Of a stretch of DNA of 57,774 nt, positions 49,555 through 56,145 are shown in pieces. Position numbers and translations under genes: made by a program. Origin of the DNA: a virus (taxonomy: Duplodnaviria; Caudoviricetes); IMG/VR virus record IMGVR_UViG_3300010318_000003, positions 1-57,774 of that record; one strand, 5' to 3'. The stretch's first letter is position 1. Each line of letters begins with the position of its first letter. The notes under the pieces were generated by a model, which had not been told where the DNA came from, searched no databases, and saw only the letters and a program-made list of their open reading frames with translations.

Positions 49555-50576
49555 CAAGCAGCATATTGACCCATGACCCAATGCTATTTAAGAAAGACGG
49601 AGGGTTTGATTTTCCAGAGTTTTACGAATACTACGAAAAAGCAGTAGCAAGCGTTTGGCGCCACCAAGAAGTTGCGATGGAGTCAGATCTTCGTGATTGG
49701 CAATTTAACTCTACTCCTGAAGAACGTAACGTAATTGCAGGTATTCTCAAGGGATTTGTTAGCGCCGAGCTAGGTATAGGATGCTACTGGGCAGATAAAG
49801 TTTGCTCTATTTTTCCTAAGCCAGAAATTCAGTCTATGGCTCGCGCATTTAGTTTCTTTGAAACAATTCACGCTGGAGCGTACTCCTACCTCAACGACAT
49901 CCTAGGTCTCGATGAGTACGATGAGTTTATCAACGACGAAGTAGCTAGAAAGAAAGTAGAGACTTTTTTCGATACTTATTCCGATAAAGTGTCTCTAGGA
50001 GTGTTTTCTGGTGCAGGAGAAGGAGTAAGTCTATTTAGCTCTTTTTCGGTACTCTTAAGCTTCAATAAGGATGGCAGGTACAAGGGTTTGAGCCAAATTA
50101 TCTCATGGTCCGCTATCGACGAGCAAATTCATTCTGAAGCAGGATGTAAATTATTTCGTAAGTTAGTAGAAGAAACTGGGCTAACCGACGAAGAGCGCGA
50201 TGGAGTTTATGAAGGTTTTCGTCTCGTAGTTGACAACGAGGAAAAATTTATAGATAATATCTTTAATGGTTATAAACTAACCACAATTGATGCTCAAGAG
50301 TTGAAGGCCACAATTGATGCTCAAGAGTTGAAGGCTTACATAAGGAATCGTGCAAACGAACGCCTACTTCAGCTTGGCTTAGATCAAATTTTCAAACTTT
50401 CTACCGAAGAGTTATCAAAGGCAAAATCTATAGCAGCATGGTTTGATCCAACAATTCGTGGGGCAAGTAGCACCGACTTCTTTGCTCAAGCACGAGACGG
50501 ATCAAACTACACCTCTAAAATTTCCCAAGATTTTACGTCGGTAGACCTAACTTCTCTAGAACTTTCTTTGTCATGA
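49551..50576 (+). CDS. nrdB: Ribonucleotide reductase class I beta subunit
   Basis: W-xxEV-MESDLxDW, ETIHAGAY, EGVSLFSSF, DEQIH, TDFF motifs. Confidence 0.93.
   Translation: MTSSILTHDPMLFKKDGGFDFPEFYEYYEKAVASVWRHQEVAMESDLRDWQFNSTPEERNVIAGILKGFVSAELGIGCYWADKVCSIFPKPEIQSMARAFSFFETIHAGAYSYLNDILGLDEYDEFINDEVARKKVETFFDTYSDKVSLGVFSGAGEGVSLFSSFSVLLSFNKDGRYKGLSQIISWSAIDEQIHSEAGCKLFRKLVEETGLTDEERDGVYEGFRLVVDNEEKFIDNIFNGYKLTTIDAQELKATIDAQELKAYIRNRANERLLQLGLDQIFKLSTEELSKAKSIAAWFDPTIRGASSTDFFAQARDGSNYTSKISQDFTSVDLTSLELSLS
50281..50335 (+). repeat. Perfect 27-bp tandem duplication inside nrdB
   Basis: CCACAATTGATGCTCAAGAGTTGAAGG x2, giving TIDAQELKA x2. Confidence 0.95.
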
Positions 50577-50731
50577 TTAAAATGCCTTACTACGAGACTA
50601 GTCTGAAAAAATGGGTTGTTGATTGCGGAGACCACAACGTATATTTTCCTGATGGAGAAACTGCTGAAGATTTCTATTTAATGAATAAAGCTAGATACAA
50701 CAAAGAAAATGAGCAATTACCAAGTACCTGA
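50573..50731 (+). CDS. Hypothetical protein, 52 aa (not in ORF track)
   Basis: ATGA overlap with the nrdB stop; MIKMPYYETSLKKWVVDCGDHNVYFPDGETAEDFYLMNKARYNKENEQLPST. Confidence 0.6.
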   Translation: MIKMPYYETSLKKWVVDCGDHNVYFPDGETAEDFYLMNKARYNKENEQLPST

Positions 50732-51068
50732 CGGATGGGCCGAGTTTGGCGAAGAATGGAAGCGCTGGAAAAAGTCTCCGTACTTTGTTAGCGACAAAGG
50801 TCGTGTAAAGAGGGACGGAGAAATCCGCGCCCTCCGCGATGACGACCGTGGTCACTTTAGAGTAAATCTAACTTACGACGGCAAGAGAGAGGAGCCTAAG
50901 GTTCATCAAATGGTAATGGAGCTTTTCGGCCCACCCAAGCCCGATGGAGACCCTGTTATTCTGCACAAGAACAACAACGGACAAGATAATAAAATCTCTA
51001 ACCTTGAGTGGGGATCGCGTAGTAAAAACACTAAAGATGCTTACGACGACGGGTTAATAGATAAGTAA
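50709..51068 (+). CDS. Free-standing NUMOD4-HNH homing endonuclease-like protein
   Basis: YFVSDKGRV (NUMOD4), VHQMVMELF...ILHKNNNGQDNKISNLEW...N (HNH). Confidence 0.8.
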   Translation: MSNYQVPDGWAEFGEEWKRWKKSPYFVSDKGRVKRDGEIRALRDDDRGHFRVNLTYDGKREEPKVHQMVMELFGPPKPDGDPVILHKNNNGQDNKISNLEWGSRSKNTKDAYDDGLIDK

Positions 51069-51127
51069 GTAATTATTTACTAAGTGCAAATTTTTTGATA
51101 TAATAGGCAATAGGCTATCTCTCCAAA

Positions 51128-53053
51128 ATGACTCCATTTAAAACAGAAAAGATTGCTCCTGACTGGATGTCAAAGGAAGCAATTGATACGCTTTCACGCG
51201 GATATTTAAGACCCGGCGAAACTCCAAAAGACCTGTTTATTAGGGTCGCCAAAACAGCTCAAAAATATCTTACCAAAAACCCTGGCCTTGGCGAGGACAT
51301 TTTTGAAATGATGTGGGAAGGGTATGTTGGTGGTGCTTCTCCTGTTCTTTCTAATTTTGGAGCAAGTTCGGGTCTTCCAATTTCATGCTATTCTGTGCAT
51401 TTATCTGATTCTGTGCAGTCCATCTATTCCCACTTAAAGGAGGTTGCGGCCCTCTCTAAGAACGGTGGAGGAGTTGGTGTGTATCTTGGAGATGTTAGAC
51501 CTGCCGGAGCCCCTATTACAGGGGGAGGTAAGAGCACGGGTGTGGTGCCGTGGGCCCAACAGTACGACCTGGCAGCAAGTGTAGTAAGCCAAGGCGGCGT
51601 GAGACGGGGTAGCTTTGCTATTTATCTTCCCATTACCCACTCAGATTTGCCTGAACTTCTTCGCTCTAAAGACCATTCTCAAGGCGACCCTCGTAAGTTT
51701 ATCGATAGCAACATTGCAGTTACCGTTGACGACGAGTTTATTAACGCCATGATCTCCGGTGACTTGGAAAAGCAAAAGCTATTTGGCGAAGTGTTGAAGA
51801 TTAGAATGGTGTCAGGATCTCCTTATATTATTTATATCGATAACGCGAATCGCCAAAACCCTGAATGTTACAACCAACGAGGACTAGAAGTCTCTACCTC
51901 TAATCTCTGCTCTGAAATCTTCTTGCATACCGATGAGAACCACTCGTTTGTTTGTGTATTGAGTAGCCTTAATTTAGCAAAATATGACGAGTGGAAAAAC
52001 TGGAGAGGAAAGAACACCGGAAAGACCGTTCCAGAGCTCACAACTTATTTACTTGATGCTGTTGTCGAGGAGTTTATTCACAAGGCGGAGCGCTTGCCGT
52101 CAATGGGAAGAAGTGTCAGATTTGCTAGGAAATCCAGAGCTTTAGGCCTGGGAACAATGGGATTACACGCCCTTTATCAAAGCCGCGGCTATGCATTTAA
52201 ATCAGAAAAGGCACGGCAACTCAACATTGAATGTCATAAATTTATTAAAGATAACGCCGAGAAAGCATCGAAACAGATGGCTAAAGAATATGGCGAACCT
52301 GAATGGTGTAAGGGCAACGGAATGAGGCATACACACCTTGTGGCTATTGCCCCTACTAGGTCCAACTCCGTTATCTCTGGAGCAGTGTCCCAAGGCATCG
52401 AGCCCTTAGATGCCAATTTTTATGTTGCAAAACAAGCCAAAGGAACTTTTGTTCGTAAGAATCCTTACCTTGAAAAGCATCTAGAAAGCATTGGTAAAAA
52501 CAACGAAGATGTTTGGGAATCAATTCTGGAAATGAGAGGAAGTGTACAACATCTCGAGTTCTTGAGTGAAGAGGAAAAAGAGCTATATAAAACCGCACGC
52601 GAAATCGACCAATTCGAGTTGGTAAGACAGGCAGGTGATCGCCAGCCGTTTGTTTGCCAAGGCCAATCACTCAATCTCTTCGTAGATCCAGAGGCCGATG
52701 CTTCTGAAATTTTTAAGCTTCATCTTAGCGCTTGGAAAGTTGGACTGAAGTCGTTGTACTATCTGAAGAGCTCCTCTCTCCTAGTCAAGAAATCTGCTCC
52801 TAAGTCATCAGAGGCCAAAGCAAAAATTATCACCAAATCCGACTGTCCTTATTGCGTAAGAGCCAAAGCGCTCCTAAGCTCGCAAAACATCTCATACAAA
52901 GAGATCAAACGCGAGGACGTTGAAGACTTCCCCTACGCAACGGTTCCCCAGATCTGGCTGGATGGTCAGCACATTGGCGGCTTTTCAGAACTTGAGGAAA
53001 AGTTTACAGGAGAAAAGTCAAAATATTCCGAGTGCGTAGCTTGTGAAGGTTGA
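51128..53053 (+). CDS. nrdA: Ribonucleotide reductase class I alpha subunit with an inserted glutaredoxin domain
   Basis: SPVLSN, GLPISCY, GGGVG, SNLCSEI, VCVLSS, APT, QGQSLN, KSLYY; then CPYC...TVPQI...IGGF Grx domain and terminal CVACEG; no ATP cone. Confidence 0.93.
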   Translation: MTPFKTEKIAPDWMSKEAIDTLSRGYLRPGETPKDLFIRVAKTAQKYLTKNPGLGEDIFEMMWEGYVGGASPVLSNFGASSGLPISCYSVHLSDSVQSIYSHLKEVAALSKNGGGVGVYLGDVRPAGAPITGGGKSTGVVPWAQQYDLAASVVSQGGVRRGSFAIYLPITHSDLPELLRSKDHSQGDPRKFIDSNIAVTVDDEFINAMISGDLEKQKLFGEVLKIRMVSGSPYIIYIDNANRQNPECYNQRGLEVSTSNLCSEIFLHTDENHSFVCVLSSLNLAKYDEWKNWRGKNTGKTVPELTTYLLDAVVEEFIHKAERLPSMGRSVRFARKSRALGLGTMGLHALYQSRGYAFKSEKARQLNIECHKFIKDNAEKASKQMAKEYGEPEWCKGNGMRHTHLVAIAPTRSNSVISGAVSQGIEPLDANFYVAKQAKGTFVRKNPYLEKHLESIGKNNEDVWESILEMRGSVQHLEFLSEEEKELYKTAREIDQFELVRQAGDRQPFVCQGQSLNLFVDPEADASEIFKLHLSAWKVGLKSLYYLKSSSLLVKKSAPKSSEAKAKIITKSDCPYCVRAKALLSSQNISYKEIKREDVEDFPYATVPQIWLDGQHIGGFSELEEKFTGEKSKYSECVACEG

Positions 53054-53083
53054 TTGACAGCCGGCCTCATTCCATGATATAAT
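53054..53083 (+). promoter_or_regulatory. Sigma-70 promoter
   Basis: TTGACA-18 nt-TATAAT with extended TG; shares TCATT(C)CCATGATATAAT with the 47418 promoter. Confidence 0.8.
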
Positions 53084-53107
53084 AAAACCAGTTACAAAAC
53101 AACAACC

Positions 53108-53566
53108 ATGGACCTTGTAAGTTTTATCAACGACGGATTCACTTCTCAACAAAAGTACGCTACTGCATCTGGCGTAAAAGGCCCGTTCGACTATATGTCC
53201 CGCGAGGAACGCCACGCCAAGGTCATTGAATGCATTGGCCATATGATCGAAGAAACCATCGAGGCCCGCGTATATGTCCCTCGTCGTTCCTGGAAAACTG
53301 CAGAACCATCATTTCTTGATAATGCTAAGCTCCGCGAAGAGTTTATTGCAGAGATGTTTGACGTTCTACTCTTTTTTCGTGCTACTCTTGCCTACGCTGG
53401 TGTTGATGGCTCAGATTTTGTGGCTACAGCAAGTAGGAAATTAAATTACAACGCTAAGCGCAAGGATCACAAAGTCAACGGAGATAAAGCCGCACCGGCC
53501 GATCCGTCCAAAGAACTTCAGGGAGACTGCAACTCTGCAAAATTCGACAATGACGAAGCAAACTGA
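53108..53566 (+). CDS. All-alpha NTP pyrophosphohydrolase (MazG/dimeric dUTPase/dCTPase-like)
   Basis: EETIE...SWK...AEMFDVLLF ExxE/ExxD metal motifs, then KLNYN. Confidence 0.7.
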   Translation: MDLVSFINDGFTSQQKYATASGVKGPFDYMSREERHAKVIECIGHMIEETIEARVYVPRRSWKTAEPSFLDNAKLREEFIAEMFDVLLFFRATLAYAGVDGSDFVATASRKLNYNAKRKDHKVNGDKAAPADPSKELQGDCNSAKFDNDEAN

Positions 53567-53717
53567 GCACAGGGCCTTCGGGCCCACAAAATGTCATTAT
53601 TGCGACGGCAGAGGATTTTTAATAATTTTTTGCACCTCTTCCGAGGGAAAAATACTGCCGAGTTTGGTAGAAGAATGCGAGCACTGCAATGAAACTGGAG
53701 TCCTTCAAAAAAATTAG
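53550..53717 (+). CDS. Small zinc-finger protein, 55 aa (not in ORF track)
   Basis: MTKQ...CHYCDGRG...CEHCNETG, a DnaJ-type CxxCxGxG pair; overlaps both neighbours. Confidence 0.65.
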   Translation: MTKQTEHRAFGPTKCHYCDGRGFLIIFCTSSEGKILPSLVEECEHCNETGVLQKN

Positions 53718-54183
53718 TCCGTTAGCTAAAGAACAAATTCTTGTTCTAAACGCGTCATACGAGCCAATTAATATTACGTCGTGGAAAAGAGCATTTGTGC
53801 TTCTTTTAAAAGACAAGGCTCAAGTTATTTCTGATACGGTTATAAAACTTACAAACTTTATAAGAATTCCTTATAATAAAATGATGAGAGCTAAGCCTTC
53901 TAGGCAGTCAATTTATATTAGAGATAACCATAAGTGCCAGTATTGTGGGTCTACAAGAAAGCTTACCATAGATCACGTAATTCCAAAATCTAGGGGTGGC
54001 GATGATAGCTGGGAAAATCTTGTAGTTGCCTGCAGTAGATGCAACACTCTAAAGGGAAACACTCCCTTAGAGCAGTGCAGCTTAAAGCTTTCAAGAAAGC
54101 CTACTAAGCCAAGAACTCACTTAGATTTAACTTTGTATAAATCTAGTAACGAAGAGTGGAAAGAATACTGCTTTATTGTTTAA
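53689..54183 (+). CDS. HNH endonuclease (McrA-like, cyanobacterial type)
   Basis: ILVLNASYEP, RDNHKCQYCG, LTIDHVIPKSRGG..SWENLVVACSRCNTLKG. Confidence 0.9.
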   Translation: MKLESFKKISPLAKEQILVLNASYEPINITSWKRAFVLLLKDKAQVISDTVIKLTNFIRIPYNKMMRAKPSRQSIYIRDNHKCQYCGSTRKLTIDHVIPKSRGGDDSWENLVVACSRCNTLKGNTPLEQCSLKLSRKPTKPRTHLDLTLYKSSNEEWKEYCFIV

Positions 54184-54227
54184 AATATAATAGGAGTATG
54201 ATATAGTATATTCCTACGTTCATCCAG

Positions 54228-54428
54228 ATGCTTAGTTTACTTCTGGCTTTTACCTTAGTACACCACGCAGACGATTCCTCCTACGGGTGGCACATGTCGT
54301 GTGAAAGGTTCCAACAAAGAAAAGTTGAAATCTCTATGGATAACAACTTAGATCAAAAATCTAAGTATAATCTTATTGGTTATCTTAAGTCAAAGGTTGA
54401 AGGTGAATGCAACAGCAAACTAATCTAG
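54228..54428 (+). CDS. Small two-Cys hypothetical protein (ORF inside the outer P2 loop)
   Basis: 66 aa; hydrophobic N-terminus; Cys25/Cys61. Confidence 0.7.
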   Translation: MLSLLLAFTLVHHADDSSYGWHMSCERFQQRKVEISMDNNLDQKSKYNLIGYLKSKVEGECNSKLI

Positions 54429-54464
54429 GACGCAAGTAAGTCGCGCAACGGATACGTTGATCCT

Positions 54465-54635
54465 ATGATAGATATACTTTTATACACCTCTTTAACTTGT
54501 TCTCAGGCTGACGCAGTTATGCTTAAGATCAAAAACAACGATCATATGTCGAAGGAAATTCGCATTGAACTTTTAGAAGTGGTAAAAGAATCTAACCCAA
54601 ATTGTAAATTTGGCGCATGGGACGCAAACGACTGA
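54465..54635 (+). CDS. Small two-Cys hypothetical protein, 56 aa (ORF inside the inner P2 loop; not in ORF track)
   Basis: MIDILLYTSLTCSQADAVMLKIKNNDHMSKEIRIELLEVVKESNPNCKFGAWDAND. Confidence 0.7.
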   Translation: MIDILLYTSLTCSQADAVMLKIKNNDHMSKEIRIELLEVVKESNPNCKFGAWDAND

Positions 54636-54685
54636 AGGAACGGATAAGCCTAATAACCTTATACCTAAACTTCAGGAGAAAACAA

Positions 54686-54823
54686 ATGACCACAGCAACC
54701 TACAGAGGAATTCAGTACAACGTCAAGGCCGAGCTTAACGAGCTCTCTATTATTAAGAAGAGACTCGAGAAGGTAGAAAAACTCTATAACGCTCAGCTCG
54801 TAATGGCAGGCAAAAAAGGGTAA
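54686..54823 (+). CDS. DUF4278-like ('downstream peptide') small protein
   Basis: MTTATYRGIQY has the YRGxxY signature; AGGAG RBS at 54674-54678; lies downstream of glutamine aptamers as in cyanobacteria. Confidence 0.8.
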   Translation: MTTATYRGIQYNVKAELNELSIIKKRLEKVEKLYNAQLVMAGKKG

Positions 54824-54844
54824 CTGATAAGTAATATATATAGC

Positions 54845-54872
54845 AAAGGGGGCTCATTGGCCCCCGTTTTTT
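54845..54872. terminator. Bidirectional rho-independent terminator
   Basis: AAA-GGGGGC-TCATTG-GCCCCC-GTTTTTT between convergent genes. Confidence 0.8.
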
Positions 54873-54875
54873 ATG

Positions 54876-56087
54876 TTAGATTGACCAGATTGGCTCCATT
54901 GCTTTCTTAGAAACTACGTTTGATTGTCTAAGAATCTTTGGAGTTCCATCGTCCTTGAGCTCAGGCTCAATCCACTCTCTTTCTCCATCAAGAGCTGCAA
55001 CAGCTTCTTCAAGCCAGCATTGAGCAGCGTTTACCGGAACATTCTGGCAAATAACGTTAGAGTCCTTTGTAGAAATTTCTGTTTTATCCGCAAAGTCGTC
55101 TGGAAATCCCATAAGGGCCAGAGCCTCACTCGTCATGAGCCAGCGGTCTTCATAAGGATGTTTTAGCATCGGAAGTGTGCGCCACATCAAAGCTTGAGTT
55201 CTATACCATGCAAGCTTCATGCTTCCGTCCATGATATTTAGTCCGTTAGCTTTCTTTTCACGAGTATAGTTTAACCAACGATTCATACGCTCATCGCGAA
55301 CCGCTATGCACGCTTCGTCTAACCACCCAGAGTTGTAGATAACGTTCCACGTGCTAACCATTCTTTGACTTGCAATCTGAGAAAGTATGTCTTGATCACT
55401 TGAGCCTCTGTATTTTTCTTTGATAAATTGCCACAACGGGTCGGTGCTAGGAGCGGGCTTATTACTTACCAACGGAGATTTGCTAAAATGTCTATCTCCT
55501 AGAAACTTATGAAAAGGAACAAAAGGCTTGGATACCTCATTAAATACAGGGACCTTATTGCCCTTCCATAAAAAGAAGAAGCTACGCGTTCTTTCTTGAG
55601 GAAGGCCGTTTTTCAACGCAGATGTTTTGATAAGGGTCATTGCGTATCCGTTTTCTTGGGCCAAGGTGTTAATCCTCTCAGCAAATTCCTCTCCGGCTTT
55701 AGAGTACAGAGTTGGCGCGTTCTCAACCATTATAACTTTTGGTTTAATTTTTTTCATCGCGAACTCAGACCCGTTAATCATGTGAATATTACTCGGAGCA
55801 GAACATCCACGGGGGTTGTTTGCATCAGGGCCTTTTGTCGTGTTTGCATTTGATAAACCCGCGCATGGAGGCAAACATGTAATAATATCTACGTATTTTT
55901 TAGGCTCGGTCTCTTCTAGGTTAAAATATGGTATAGTGGGGTAGTATTTCAGGCAGTACTGGTCATTTCCGCTAAAAACGCTATCCCAAGACGCAATCCA
56001 TTCAGCAGGTTTACCGAGAAGCTGTGTAGCTCCAATAACGCTCCCTCCTACAAGAGGGATAACGTGCCCGTGAGTGTAATTTGACAT
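54876..56087 (-). CDS. C5-cytosine DNA methyltransferase
   Basis: PPCAGLS (motif IV), VENAP (VI), PQERTRSF (VIII), EALALMGFP (IX), QNVP (X); atypical motif I IPLVGG. Confidence 0.88.
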   Translation of the reverse strand: MSNYTHGHVIPLVGGSVIGATQLLGKPAEWIASWDSVFSGNDQYCLKYYPTIPYFNLEETEPKKYVDIITCLPPCAGLSNANTTKGPDANNPRGCSAPSNIHMINGSEFAMKKIKPKVIMVENAPTLYSKAGEEFAERINTLAQENGYAMTLIKTSALKNGLPQERTRSFFFLWKGNKVPVFNEVSKPFVPFHKFLGDRHFSKSPLVSNKPAPSTDPLWQFIKEKYRGSSDQDILSQIASQRMVSTWNVIYNSGWLDEACIAVRDERMNRWLNYTREKKANGLNIMDGSMKLAWYRTQALMWRTLPMLKHPYEDRWLMTSEALALMGFPDDFADKTEISTKDSNVICQNVPVNAAQCWLEEAVAALDGEREWIEPELKDDGTPKILRQSNVVSKKAMEPIWSI

Positions 56088-56108
56088 AGTTAATCTTAAT
56101 TCAGAAAC

Positions 56109-56126
56109 CTTTAGACTGGTTTAAAT
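56109..56126. promoter_or_regulatory. Divergent promoter-motif pair (GTCTAAAG minus, GTTTAAAT plus)
   Basis: 21 nt upstream of the MTase start and 19 nt upstream of the HNH start; repeated at 57102-57129. Confidence 0.55.
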
Positions 56127-56145
56127 ATAAATAAGAGTATTTGCC

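Larger units (their letters stand above)
54217..54642 (+). ncRNA. Nested double glutamine-riboswitch-like aptamer with ORFs in both P2 loops
   Basis: CGTTCA-P2-CGCAAGTAA-GTCG ... CGAC-TGAAG-GAACG matches class-I glnA aptamer architecture; inner CAACG-GATA-CGTTGA-P2'-CGCAAA; DUF4278-like gene downstream. Confidence 0.75.

Noticed and set aside
54196-54216. Possible NtcA box upstream of the riboswitch
   Set aside because: Only GTA-N8-TAT or GTA-N6-TAC, not the GTA-N8-TAC consensus
54217-54642. Simple tandem reading of two independent aptamers (54217-54450 and 54455-54642)
   Set aside because: It gives CGUUC/CAACG and CGUUG/GAACG mismatches and leaves each unit without a P3; the nested pairing satisfies all helices
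54617-54823. 68-aa ORF-track version of the DUF4278-like gene
   Set aside because: The upstream ATG lies in the aptamer stem and overlaps ORF2; the ATG at 54686 has an AGGAG RBS and puts YRG near the N-terminus
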